From the sequence record SRR22947727_2500: a stretch of 32,811 nucleotides of DNA; one strand, written 5' to 3'. The translations under genes were made by a program, and so were the position numbers. Shown here piece after piece: positions 8,664-18,234 of the stretch. Below the pieces are notes generated by a model. The model saw only the letters and a program-made list of their open reading frames with translations. It was not told where the DNA came from and searched no databases. The stretch's first letter is position 1, and every line of letters starts with the position of its first letter.

Positions 8664-10163
8664 ATGACTGAATTAACGCACTATATTGGCGGGGCCCATG
8701 TAAAGGGAACCTCCGGGCGCTTTGCGGATGTATACAATCCCGCCACCGGGGAAGTGCAAGCAAAAGTGCCTCTGGCGTCAGCCGCCGAAATGTCTCAGGC
8801 TGTAGAAATTGCCGAGACGGCGCAGCGTGCCTGGGGGGCCGTGAACCCACAGCGCCGCGCCCGTGTCATGATGAAATTTGTCGATTTGCTCAACCGTGAT
8901 ATGGAACAGCTTGCCGAAGCGCTTAGCCGGGAACATGGCAAAACTCTGCCAGATGCCAAAGGCGATGTGCAGCGCGGGTTAGAAGTGGTGGAATATTGCA
9001 TTGGTGCACCGCAAATGCTCAAGGGTGAATTCACCGATAGCGCCGGCCCTGGCATTGATATGTATTCGATGCGTCAGGCCCTAGGGGTTACGGCTGGAAT
9101 AACGCCGTTCAACTTTCCCGCAATGATCCCGATGTGGATGTTCGCGCCGGCGATTGTCTGCGGCAACGCCTTCATTCTCAAACCATCCGAAAGGGATCCT
9201 TCCGTGCCTTTAATGCTTGCAGAGCTGATGGAGGAGGCAGGGTTGCCAAAAGGCGTTTTACAAGTGGTCAATGGCGATAAAGAAGCGGTTGATGCGATTT
9301 TAGACAATCCTGTGATCCAATCGATCGGATTTGTCGGATCAACGCCGATCGCCGAATATATATACGGCCGCGGTTGCAGCAATGGCAAACGCGTTCAGTG
9401 TTTTGGTGGTGCCAAAAACCATATGATCATCATGCCAGATGCGGATATGGATCAGGCAGCCGATGCGTTGATCGGCGCCGGATATGGGGCTGCAGGCGAG
9501 CGCTGTATGGCGATTTCTGTTGCGGTGCCCGTGGGCGATGAAACCGCCGACCGCCTGATTGAAAAATTAGTGCCGCGCATTGAAAAGCTAAAAGTTGGCC
9601 CTTACACGGCGGGCGATGAGGTTGATTATGGCCCGGTTGTCACCAAAGCTGCGCAACAAAATATTCTTGGATTGGTGGAAAGCGGTATAAAACAAGGCGC
9701 AGAACTTGTTGTGGATGGGCGCGATTTCAGTTTGCAAGGCTATGAAGATGGTTTTTTTGTTGGCCCGCATCTTTTTGACCGGGTCACTCCAGAAATGGAC
9801 ATTTATAAAAAAGAAATTTTTGGCCCAGTTCTCAGCACAGTACGCGCCGGAAGCTATGAAGAAGCCATCTCATTGGCGATGGATCATGAATATGGCAATG
9901 GCACGGCAATTTTCACGCGCGATGGAGATGCGGCGCGCGATTTTGCCAATCGGATCAATATTGGCATGGTCGGTATTAACGTTCCAATCCCAGTGCCCCT
10001 TGCCTATCACACCTTTGGTGGTTGGAAAAAATCTGTGTTTGGCGATTTGAACCAACACGGACCCGACGCGTTTAAATTCTACACAAGAACCAAAACCATC
10101 ACGTCTAGATGGCCCTCTGGTATCAAAGAAGGCGGCGAGTTTAATTTCAAAGCGATGGATTAA
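8664..10163 (+). CDS. mmsA: CoA-acylating methylmalonate-semialdehyde dehydrogenase
   Basis: GITPFNFPAMIPMW, LKPSERDP, FVGST, GGAKNH, GAAGERCMA, EIFGPV, GINVPIPVP. Start moved to ATG 8664, downstream of CAGGAG. Confidence 0.96.
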   Translation: MTELTHYIGGAHVKGTSGRFADVYNPATGEVQAKVPLASAAEMSQAVEIAETAQRAWGAVNPQRRARVMMKFVDLLNRDMEQLAEALSREHGKTLPDAKGDVQRGLEVVEYCIGAPQMLKGEFTDSAGPGIDMYSMRQALGVTAGITPFNFPAMIPMWMFAPAIVCGNAFILKPSERDPSVPLMLAELMEEAGLPKGVLQVVNGDKEAVDAILDNPVIQSIGFVGSTPIAEYIYGRGCSNGKRVQCFGGAKNHMIIMPDADMDQAADALIGAGYGAAGERCMAISVAVPVGDETADRLIEKLVPRIEKLKVGPYTAGDEVDYGPVVTKAAQQNILGLVESGIKQGAELVVDGRDFSLQGYEDGFFVGPHLFDRVTPEMDIYKKEIFGPVLSTVRAGSYEEAISLAMDHEYGNGTAIFTRDGDAARDFANRINIGMVGINVPIPVPLAYHTFGGWKKSVFGDLNQHGPDAFKFYTRTKTITSRWPSGIKEGGEFNFKAMD

Positions 10164-10170
10164 CACATCT

Positions 10171-10204
10171 AGGTAAGCCGCACCAATTCAGCGGCTTACC
10201 TTTC
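10171..10204 (+). terminator. Terminator or mRNA-stabilising hairpin after mmsA
   Basis: Perfect 11-bp stem AGGTAAGCCGC / GCGGCTTACCT with a 9-nt loop and a short T run. Confidence 0.7.
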
Positions 10205-10354
10205 CTACATCTGAGCCGGTCAAATGGTCATGTGAGCAAACCCGCAAAACGGCCTAATCTGCAAGCTCACCCGCTATCTTGTGACTTGCATAGCGGTCAA
10301 GAAAGCGCCAATCATTCTATCTCACCCCAACGACACACATGCAGGAGGACTTCT

Positions 10355-11497
10355 TTGGATTTTTCGTTAAGCAGCGAACAAACCGCAATCTTTGATATGG
10401 CTTATGAGTTTGGCCAAGAGCATATTGCCCCCTTCGCGCGCGATTGGGAAAAGCAAGGCACCATTCCAAAAGAGCTGTGGCCCAAAGTTGCGCAGCTGGG
10501 TTTGGGCGGTATTTATGTCTCTGACGAGATGGGGGGATCCGGATTAAGTCGGCTTGATGCGACCTTGGTGTTTGAAGCTTTAGCAATGGCCTGCCCCTCA
10601 GTCTCAGCTTTTTTATCAATTCACAATATGTGTGGCGGCATGATCGATCGTTACGGCGATCCAGAAACCCGCGCAAGATGGTTGCCGCGCTTATGCCAAA
10701 TGGATTTGATTTTCAGCTATTGTCTGACCGAACCTGGCTCGGGATCAGACGCGGCAGCGCTGCGCAGTCAAGCCACGCGGACCAATGAAGGGTATCAGCT
10801 TAACGGAACCAAGGCCTTTATCTCAGGTGGTGGGTATTCAGATGCCTATATTGTAATGGCCCGAACCGGGGCTGAGGGCCCAAAAGGCATCTCGGCTTTC
10901 ATTCTGGAAGCTGGCAGCGATGGGCTAAGCTATGGCGCTCTCGAGGATAAAATGGGCTGGCGCGCGCAGCCCACGGCGCAAGTTCAGTTTGACGCCTGCC
11001 CAATTCCTGCTCAAAGTCTGCTGGGTGAAGAAGGCAAAGGGTTTCAATATGCGATGGCTGGGCTGGATGGCGGCCGCTTGAATATTGCGGCAAGCGCCTT
11101 AGGCGGCGCAGAGCAGGCCTTACAATCCACGCTGGCCTATATGGGGGAGCGCAAGGCCTTCGGCAAAACGATTGATCAATTTCAAGCCCTACAATTCAAA
11201 TTGGCGGATATGGAAGTAAAGATGCAAGCCGCACGCAGCTTCCTGCGCCAAGCCGCGTGGAAATTAGACATGCAGGCTTCAGATGCCACAAAATTCTGCG
11301 CTATGGCAAAACTTTTGGTAACCGACAATGCCTTTGAGACCGCCAATCAATGCCTGCAATTGCACGGTGGCTATGGATATCTTGCCGAGTACGGCATTGA
11401 AAAAATCGTTCGTGATTTGCGCGTTCATCAGATTTTGGAAGGCACCAACGAAATCATGCGGATGATTATCTCGCGCCAAATGCTGGCAGATAGATGA
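10355..11497 (+). CDS. Acyl-CoA dehydrogenase, probably isobutyryl-CoA dehydrogenase
   Basis: SYCLTEPGSGSDAA, NGTKAFISG, GGRLNIAA, LQLHGGYGY, RVHQILEGTNEIMR. In-frame TTG at 10355 follows AGGAGG. Substrate inferred from context. Confidence 0.9.
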   Translation: MDFSLSSEQTAIFDMAYEFGQEHIAPFARDWEKQGTIPKELWPKVAQLGLGGIYVSDEMGGSGLSRLDATLVFEALAMACPSVSAFLSIHNMCGGMIDRYGDPETRARWLPRLCQMDLIFSYCLTEPGSGSDAAALRSQATRTNEGYQLNGTKAFISGGGYSDAYIVMARTGAEGPKGISAFILEAGSDGLSYGALEDKMGWRAQPTAQVQFDACPIPAQSLLGEEGKGFQYAMAGLDGGRLNIAASALGGAEQALQSTLAYMGERKAFGKTIDQFQALQFKLADMEVKMQAARSFLRQAAWKLDMQASDATKFCAMAKLLVTDNAFETANQCLQLHGGYGYLAEYGIEKIVRDLRVHQILEGTNEIMRMIISRQMLADR

Positions 11498-12534
11498 GCG
11501 ATATCTCTATTCGCCAGATTGGTCACGCCGGGCGTATCACCTTACAACGGCCTGAGGCGCTAAATGCCATGACTGCTGAGATGTGCAGCGCGATTGAGCA
11601 GGCGCTGCTGACCTGGCGCGATAAAAGCGATATCCAGCTGGTAATTATTGATGCAGAGGGCGATCGGGCGTTTTGTTCTGGGGGAGATATTTCTGAATTA
11701 TACAAGACCGGCAGCCAAGGGGATTATGCTTATGGGCAGGCGTTTTGGGCGGCTGAATATCGCCTAAACGCATTAATCTATCATTACCCCAAACCCTATA
11801 TTGCTTTCATGCAGGGGTTTACGATGGGCGGAGGCGTTGGAATTTCTTGCCATGGCAGCCACCGTATTGTGGGAGAAACCAGCCAAATTGCTATGCCAGA
11901 ATGTGGCATCGGGTTGATCCCCGATGTGGGCGGATCCTATATTTTGGCCTGCGCTCCAGGCTATTTGGGTGAATATTTGGGTTTGACGGCGGCAAGAATG
12001 GCCGCTGCAGATGCGATATATGCCGGTTTTGCGGATCACTTCATTCCACAAAGCCACTGGAAAACCTTGATCGAAACTTTAGAAAAAACGGGAAATACCG
12101 CGCATATCGTCAACGCGGCCCAGCCTGCACCGAGCAGCGATTTAAAAGCCCTTCAAACGCAAATAGATCGGCATTTCTCGAATGAAACGCTGGCGGGCCT
12201 GATCTCGTCCCTTACCGCGAGCGATGATGCCCTTAGCCAAAAAAGCCTTAAAATGATAAGCAGAAACGCACCTTTATCGATGGCCAGTACGATTTTGCTG
12301 CTGCGCCAATTGCGCGATGAAGGCCCCGATATCTATCGCGCTTTGAGGTATGAATACAGGTTTACCGCGCGCGCTATGGAGTTTGGTGATTTTTTAGAAG
12401 GCGTTCGCGCGGCGATTATCGACAAAGACAGAAACCCGAACTGGCAATTTAATCTGACAGAGGTGCCTCAAAAGGCCAGCCGAAGCATGTTGACCCCATT
12501 GGGCGCTTTGGAATTGAACGTGAAGGAGAGTTAA
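11494..12534 (+). CDS. Crotonase-superfamily protein, probably 3-hydroxyisobutyryl-CoA hydrolase
   Basis: AFCSGGDI, MGGGVGIS, AMPECGIGLIPDVGG, DFLEGVRAAIIDKDRNPNW; 346 aa is HIBCH-like. Confidence 0.88.
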   Translation: MSDISIRQIGHAGRITLQRPEALNAMTAEMCSAIEQALLTWRDKSDIQLVIIDAEGDRAFCSGGDISELYKTGSQGDYAYGQAFWAAEYRLNALIYHYPKPYIAFMQGFTMGGGVGISCHGSHRIVGETSQIAMPECGIGLIPDVGGSYILACAPGYLGEYLGLTAARMAAADAIYAGFADHFIPQSHWKTLIETLEKTGNTAHIVNAAQPAPSSDLKALQTQIDRHFSNETLAGLISSLTASDDALSQKSLKMISRNAPLSMASTILLLRQLRDEGPDIYRALRYEYRFTARAMEFGDFLEGVRAAIIDKDRNPNWQFNLTEVPQKASRSMLTPLGALELNVKES

Positions 12535-13407
12535 ATGCAAATTGGATTTATTGGCCTTGGAAATATGGGGCGCCCAATGGCGGAAAACCTTGTACGTGCG
12601 GGCCATATGGTGCGCGGTTTTGATACAATGACCGTGCATGCCGAGGGGGTTGAGATCATGGATTCGGCCGCCGCCACCGCCGCCGACGCCGATATCGTGA
12701 TTACCATGCTACCGAACGGCGCAATTCTAAAATCTGTTGCGGCCCAGATCATACCGGATATGCGCGCTGAAAGCATTTTTCTGGATTGCTCGACAGTCGA
12801 TGTTCAAAGCGCACGCGAAATAAGCGGAATGGCCAATGCCGCCAATGTCGCGACCTTGGATGCACCAGTCTCTGGCGGTATCGGCGGCGCGTCAGCAGGT
12901 ACGCTTACCTTCATGGTCGGCGGGCCTGAAAAGGCGTTTCTTACCGCAAAACCACTATTTGACATTATGGGACAAAAATCTGTTCACTGTGGTGAAAGCG
13001 GCAATGGGCAAGCGGCTAAAATCTGCAATAATATGATCCTTGGCGCAACCATGATTGTCACCTGCGAAGCCTTCGCGCTTGCCGATAAATTGGGCCTAGA
13101 CCGTCAATCAATGTTTGATGTGGTCAGCACCTCCTCAGGATATAGCTGGTCGATGAATGCCTATTGCCCTGCGCCGGGTATTGGGCCGAATTCTCCCGCA
13201 GATAATGCCTATCGGCCCGGATTTTCAGCAGAATTGATGTTAAAGGATCTGCGTCTCAGCCAACAAGCTGCGCAAACCGTGGCCGCTGACACGCCGCTCG
13301 GGCAAGCGGCAACGCAGCTATATCAAACCTTCGTGGAAGATGAAGATGGCCTTGGAAAAGATTTTTCCGCGATGCTGCCACGCTTTGAACAGCGTAAACG
13401 CTGCTAA
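12535..13407 (+). CDS. mmsB: 3-hydroxyisobutyrate dehydrogenase
   Basis: GFIGLGNMGRPMA, DAPVSGG...AGTLTFMVGG, AKICNNM, LMLKDL, KDFS. Confidence 0.95.
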   Translation: MQIGFIGLGNMGRPMAENLVRAGHMVRGFDTMTVHAEGVEIMDSAAATAADADIVITMLPNGAILKSVAAQIIPDMRAESIFLDCSTVDVQSAREISGMANAANVATLDAPVSGGIGGASAGTLTFMVGGPEKAFLTAKPLFDIMGQKSVHCGESGNGQAAKICNNMILGATMIVTCEAFALADKLGLDRQSMFDVVSTSSGYSWSMNAYCPAPGIGPNSPADNAYRPGFSAELMLKDLRLSQQAAQTVAADTPLGQAATQLYQTFVEDEDGLGKDFSAMLPRFEQRKRC

Positions 13408-13721
13408 AGACTTTAAAACGACGAGGTGGAATTGAAACTAAGGGCGCATGACAAGTAAAAAATTTCGTCTAGTCGACAGTCAGCTGCGCCTAAAACAGCG
13501 CAAAATTCAAAACCTTTTTGACGTCACGGATCGGTGCACATCAAGCTCCTGTTTGCGAGTACGTCAATCGAAAACTTTTCAATAACCGGCGTTACGATGC
13601 TGTTTATCTCGCAGCATGATACTTAAATTAAGAATAAAGCTTGCGTCATACGCCTCTCATGAACATATAAGAGGGTCAGAAACGGGTCGAACAATGGCCT
13701 AGTAAACATTGGAAACAAAAT

Positions 13722-14303
13722 ATGAATTTTCGCTTTTCGATCCGCAGCGCTCTAAGTGCCATCACTCTTTGTATGGCGTCGTTCGTGAATGCTCAACAAT
13801 CTGAGCAGAATGCGGCAGACTCATTGTCACTTGGTTTGAATATTGAAGTTCCAGATATCGGCCAACCCTATATTGCTGAACGCATAGGCGATTGGAGCAT
13901 GCGCTGCATACGCAGCGAGAACGGACAAGATCCCTGCGAATTGTTTCAATTATTAGTCAATAATGAAGGTAATCCCTTAAGCGAGATTATGGTCTTTCCG
14001 CTTCCACAAGGCCAAGCCGCAATTGCCGGCGCTACGATTATCGTGCCGCTTAAAACGCTTTTAACAGCACGCATGACGATTGGCTTTGATGCCGAAATAA
14101 CCAAAAGCTACCCCTATTCATTCTGTACAGAAATCGGATGCATCGCACGCATCGGTTTAACCAAAGACGATATCGCATTGATGAAAGCGGGCGACCAATC
14201 TGTTATTACGATCCGCCATATGGATGCGCCGAACAAAGCCTTAAATTTAAACTTATCGCTCAGCGGATTTACAGCCGGATTCAATAAAATTTTAAATCAA
14301 TAA
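13722..14303 (+). CDS. Invasion-associated locus B (IalB) family exported protein
   Basis: Signal peptide ending VNA; GDWSMRC...CELFQ, IIVPL, YSFCTEIGCIA, LSLSGFTAGF. Confidence 0.85.
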   Translation: MNFRFSIRSALSAITLCMASFVNAQQSEQNAADSLSLGLNIEVPDIGQPYIAERIGDWSMRCIRSENGQDPCELFQLLVNNEGNPLSEIMVFPLPQGQAAIAGATIIVPLKTLLTARMTIGFDAEITKSYPYSFCTEIGCIARIGLTKDDIALMKAGDQSVITIRHMDAPNKALNLNLSLSGFTAGFNKILNQ

Positions 14304-14305
14304 AA

Positions 14306-15463
14306 TTATTGGGCCGCTAGAAATTTAATTACCGATTGCGCCGCCCGTTCACCAGGTGGGTGACCGTTTTGTCCAAGTGCCTGCATTGTGCTTTGCATAG
14401 TTTGGATCTGGCCCGTTGGATCGTCAAGCACCTTTAAAACGCTTGGCGTGATCAACTCTTCCCGACAATTTTCGGCGATGAATTCGGGGATAGATTTGCT
14501 ATCTGTAATCAAATTGACCAAACTCACCGTTTCAACTTTTAACATGCGTCCTATGATTTGCCGCGACAAAAACCCCATATCATAGGCAACCACCATGGGC
14601 GTTTGCGTGGCAGCAAGCTCTAAAGCTACGGTCCCTGAGGCCGCAAGGGCGACATCTGCCGCCTGAAACGCCGCGCGTTTTTGGCTGTAGGCGTGCACAT
14701 CTGAGCGTGGTTCAATTAGAAACGGCTTAACCGGCCAGGTTTCAATCTGATCTTTTACCAACGTTACAACCGACGCCGCCATGGGCAATACAAACTTCAA
14801 ATCAGGGCGTGCTGCGTGCAGTTTTTCGACCACCTTTGCGAACACAGGCGCCAGACGTTTTATCTCTGAAGCGCGTGATCCGGGCAAACAAAGGATCATT
14901 GGCGCGTCATCAATACCCGTTTCTGCGCGAAACCGTTGGGCTTCACCGCGCGTGGCACACGGATCGTTTACCACGGGATGCCCCACAAAGTCACAACTCA
15001 TACCCGCGGCCTGCATATAGGGCGGCTCAAATGGAAAAAGCGCCAAAACATGATCCACGAAAGGCGCCATTTTCTGCGCGCGCCCTGGCCGCCAGGCCCA
15101 AACCGTTGGCGCAACATAATGAACACTCGGAACCTGCTTCCTGCGTCGAACAGCTTTGGCAAGACGCAGCGAAAACTCAGGCAGGTCAATTGTAATCAAC
15201 ACATCCGCCTCGCCTGCGATCACCGCATCCGCCGCTTCTGCAATGCGCCTTTTCAAAAACCTGTATTTTGACAAGATCTCTGAAATTCCCATCAAAGAGA
15301 TATCAGACATTGGAAATAAAGTTTTTAGGCCCGCCTGTTCCATCAACGGTCCGCCGACCCCGTAGAACTCGGGCCTATTCGGCATGTGTTTGAGAAGACC
15401 AGCCATCAACGCAGCCCCGAGTTTATCGCCAGAGGCCTCGCCCGCGAGCAAAAAGACCTTCAT
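14306..15463 (-). CDS. lpxB: Lipid-A-disaccharide synthase
   Basis: AGEASGDKLG, HYVAPTVWAWR, LFPFE, FVGHP, LPGSRASE, ASGTVALE. Confidence 0.96.
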   Translation of the reverse strand: MKVFLLAGEASGDKLGAALMAGLLKHMPNRPEFYGVGGPLMEQAGLKTLFPMSDISLMGISEILSKYRFLKRRIAEAADAVIAGEADVLITIDLPEFSLRLAKAVRRRKQVPSVHYVAPTVWAWRPGRAQKMAPFVDHVLALFPFEPPYMQAAGMSCDFVGHPVVNDPCATRGEAQRFRAETGIDDAPMILCLPGSRASEIKRLAPVFAKVVEKLHAARPDLKFVLPMAASVVTLVKDQIETWPVKPFLIEPRSDVHAYSQKRAAFQAADVALAASGTVALELAATQTPMVVAYDMGFLSRQIIGRMLKVETVSLVNLITDSKSIPEFIAENCREELITPSVLKVLDDPTGQIQTMQSTMQALGQNGHPPGERAAQSVIKFLAAQ

Positions 15464-16272
15464 TGCGTGTTCTCACGGGCATGAAGAAAAATAGTCAACT
15501 CAGAACAGCGTTGGGCCAATTTCTCACGTTCAAGCAGAAGAACTTTTCCCGGCGTAATGACAATACCAGCAAGCCCTGCAGCAGCAACATGTGACAGGGT
15601 ATCCACCCCGATCGCGGGCATATCCGCGCGTAAATCTTGGCCGGCTTTTGGCCGCTTAACAAAAACCCCACGTTCCCTATTACGCAACGCAGCCGCTGTG
15701 TTTGCGACCGTGTTCAACATAAAGTCCGTCCCTTGCAGCGTCTCTATTGCCAATAACTGCCCTGCTTCCACTACGACCCCTTGGCCCACATCTACAGCGG
15801 CGAGTGATTTCAATACATGATCTGCTTTTTGGACCTCATCCGTATAATCCCTGTTCATTTTCCCCAATATCAGGCCCGGCTCTGCGGTAATTTCTGGTAT
15901 AAGTTGATCCACGCCAACAACATCAAAACCTTGGTTTTCAAACAAGCCAATCACAAAGCGTAATAAGAAATCATCCCCTTGCCGCATGGCATTTGACAGA
16001 TCAGGAATTATGGTGCGCGTGAACACATCAAACAGCTCAGGATCAAACGCGGGTCGTTGCATTGCACCGGCCAAAACAACCCTAGTAACGCCAGCGGCGC
16101 GCAGGCTGTCAAACAGCGCCCCCAAACGTTCCAAGGAAAAGAGATCAATCGCATGTGCGGGCCGATCATAGCTAAGGTGTTGAAAACCACAAAACATGGC
16201 CTGCGGGTGCGCCTGAGCCACCAGCGTTGGCAACACCCCCGAACCTGCTAGGATCGCCAAGCGCCCCGACAT
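15460..16272 (-). CDS. lpxI: UDP-2,3-diacylglucosamine diphosphatase LpxI (DUF1009)
   Basis: LAILAGSGVLP, GDDFLL, DVGQGVVV, AIETLQGTD, KRPKAGQDLRADMPAIG; lies between lpxA and lpxB. ATG 16272 chosen over GTG 16281. Confidence 0.9.
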   Translation of the reverse strand: MSGRLAILAGSGVLPTLVAQAHPQAMFCGFQHLSYDRPAHAIDLFSLERLGALFDSLRAAGVTRVVLAGAMQRPAFDPELFDVFTRTIIPDLSNAMRQGDDFLLRFVIGLFENQGFDVVGVDQLIPEITAEPGLILGKMNRDYTDEVQKADHVLKSLAAVDVGQGVVVEAGQLLAIETLQGTDFMLNTVANTAAALRNRERGVFVKRPKAGQDLRADMPAIGVDTLSHVAAAGLAGIVITPGKVLLLEREKLAQRCSELTIFLHARENTQ

Positions 16273-16273
16273 A

Positions 16274-17065
16274 TCACTCACCCGGGGTGAGAAAAGAACG
16301 ATCCGAAGAGGCCGTTACGAAATCAACAATATGCTGGACGTAATCGCTATCGGTTTCATCGCCCAACCGTTTCGCACGGTCTTGAAAAGTTCCATCGCCC
16401 TGCGCCAACATTTGAAACGCGGCCCGTAACGCGGTTATATCCCCGCGCGAGACGCCGCGGCGCTTAAGGCCAACAAGGTTCAGCCCGTCTAACTGCCCCC
16501 GCGGCGCTTGCACCAGGCCATAGGGAATAACATCATTGGTCACCATGGTTAGGGCGCCAATAATTGCCCCTCGACCAATACGCACAAATTGATGGATACC
16601 CGCCAAGCCCCCCACCAAAACATCATCTTCTATTATGCAATGCCCACCGATCGCTGCATTGTTTACAACGATAACCCGATCCGCAAGCAGTGCATCATGC
16701 GCAACATGACAGCCCGCCAAAAATAATCCATCATTGCCAACCTGAGTGATCCCACCGCCGCCTTCGGTGCCCGTATTCATCGTTACATGCTCGCGGATAC
16801 AATTGCGGGCCCCGATAAGCAGCCGCGTTTGCTCGCCCTTGAATTTTTTATCCTGCGGAATTTCTCCCAACACTGCGAAAGGAAAAACGGTAGTGTCATC
16901 GCCTATATCTGTGCGCCCTGTCACAACCACATGGCTTTTCAAAACCACGCGATCACCTAAAGAAACATCCTTTCCAACATGACAGAACGGCCCGATATGG
17001 CAGCCTAAGCCCAACTCAACCCCATCCTCAACAACGGCGCTGGGGTGAATAAATGTATCGCTCAC
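16274..17065 (-). CDS. lpxA: Acyl-ACP--UDP-N-acetylglucosamine O-acyltransferase
   Basis: IHPSAVVE hexapeptide repeats, [33 protein letters not shown] start overlaps the fabZ stop. Confidence 0.97.
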   Translation of the reverse strand: MSDTFIHPSAVVEDGVELGLGCHIGPFCHVGKDVSLGDRVVLKSHVVVTGRTDIGDDTTVFPFAVLGEIPQDKKFKGEQTRLLIGARNCIREHVTMNTGTEGGGGITQVGNDGLFLAGCHVAHDALLADRVIVVNNAAIGGHCIIEDDVLVGGLAGIHQFVRIGRGAIIGALTMVTNDVIPYGLVQAPRGQLDGLNLVGLKRRGVSRGDITALRAAFQMLAQGDGTFQDRAKRLGDETDSDYVQHIVDFVTASSDRSFLTPGE

Positions 17066-17535
17066 GACGGCACCGCATTAGAAAGGTCCATCATGGCTGT
17101 GAACTCTGCCTCCGCGGCCATTTCGCCATTCACGCTAGCGCGGCCTGAAAACTTCCAAACTTTCGCGCCTGCTTTTCCGCGCAACGTTGTGATTTGCATC
17201 TCCAGATGATCCCCAGGCCCAACCTTACGACGGAATTTACAATTATCGATCGACATAAAATAAATCAGCATATTCTTATCTGCCAATCCCAGCGTGCTGC
17301 CCACCATAACCGCCGCCGTTTGTGCCATCGCCTCAACCATCAGAACCCCGGGCATAATCGGCGTACCTGGAAAATGGCCTTGAAACTGCGGTTCATTCAT
17401 CGTGACGTTTTTATGACCAATCGCGGAGGCGGTTCCAACGATATCAGTGACGCGATCCACCAGTAAAAACGGATAGCGATGCGGCAAAATACGTTGGATT
17501 AATTGGATATCCGCCTCAGTTCCAGAATCTGCCAT
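17062..17535 (-). CDS. fabZ: 3-hydroxyacyl-ACP dehydratase
   Basis: [23 protein letters not shown]...[12 protein letters not shown]. Confidence 0.97.
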   Translation of the reverse strand: MADSGTEADIQLIQRILPHRYPFLLVDRVTDIVGTASAIGHKNVTMNEPQFQGHFPGTPIMPGVLMVEAMAQTAAVMVGSTLGLADKNMLIYFMSIDNCKFRRKVGPGDHLEMQITTLRGKAGAKVWKFSGRASVNGEMAAEAEFTAMMDLSNAVPS

Positions 17536-17691
17536 GTTTCGCCCCTATCTTGTTCTTTTTATCAAAATCTAGCTAGCAACCCTTCAAGCCCAACACAAGT
17601 ACCCTGCGATTTTCTTTCCCAACACGCGAGCTCTTAACAAAAAGGAAACACCAACAACTTAAAAGGATTTATGGACTTAGCGTAACGTGAC

Positions 17692-18234
17692 TTATCGGCC
17701 ATCTCCAAGCTCTTGATCTATCCGGCGGATGGCTTCTTTGGTGATATCTGCAGAGGCAATAACCAACACCACTTGCTTCTTTTCCAACAAGATAGTCGCG
17801 TTGCGCTCTTGCATGATTTGTACAAAAATCGGCCCAAATTGTTGTAGCACATCGGATTGCGCCGCATCGCCAGCAAGTTTCAGCTTAACCCGTTTGTCTT
17901 CCTGCTCTTGGCGCAATCTAGTCGATTTTTGATCAAAGGCCAGCGCCATTTCTTTAAAAGCAGAAGGCTCAGTGCTCCCGCGCAGGTCACTTAGATTCTT
18001 TTCTTCGGCGACCAATTCTTCTGCGATGCGTTCAAATTCATCGCTCAGAACTTGGTTTTCTTGCTGAAATTCTGCGATAATACGGCGGCCATATAGCGTG
18101 GTTCGAAACACTTCGTCGAAATCAACCACCACCACCTGTTGACCAGCAGGTGCGCCAGCCTGACCCAATACGGGGCCTGCGAGCAGCAGCAAAAGAAAAA
18201 ACTTCTTGAAAAAGCCTATTCTAAACCTGTTCAT
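17692..18234 (-). CDS. skp: OmpH/Skp-family periplasmic chaperone
   Basis: Signal peptide, VVVVD strand, long helical region and C-terminal DIT motif; lies between bamA and fabZ. Confidence 0.85.
   Translation of the reverse strand: MNRFRIGFFKKFFLLLLLAGPVLGQAGAPAGQQVVVVDFDEVFRTTLYGRRIIAEFQQENQVLSDEFERIAEELVAEEKNLSDLRGSTEPSAFKEMALAFDQKSTRLRQEQEDKRVKLKLAGDAAQSDVLQQFGPIFVQIMQERNATILLEKKQVVLVIASADITKEAIRRIDQELGDGR

Noticed and set aside
17536..17691. Missing lpxD between skp and fabZ read as a pathway loss or pseudogene
   Set aside because: No hexapeptide-repeat remnant is visible in 156 bp, and lpxD can lie elsewhere; absence from this window is uninformative.
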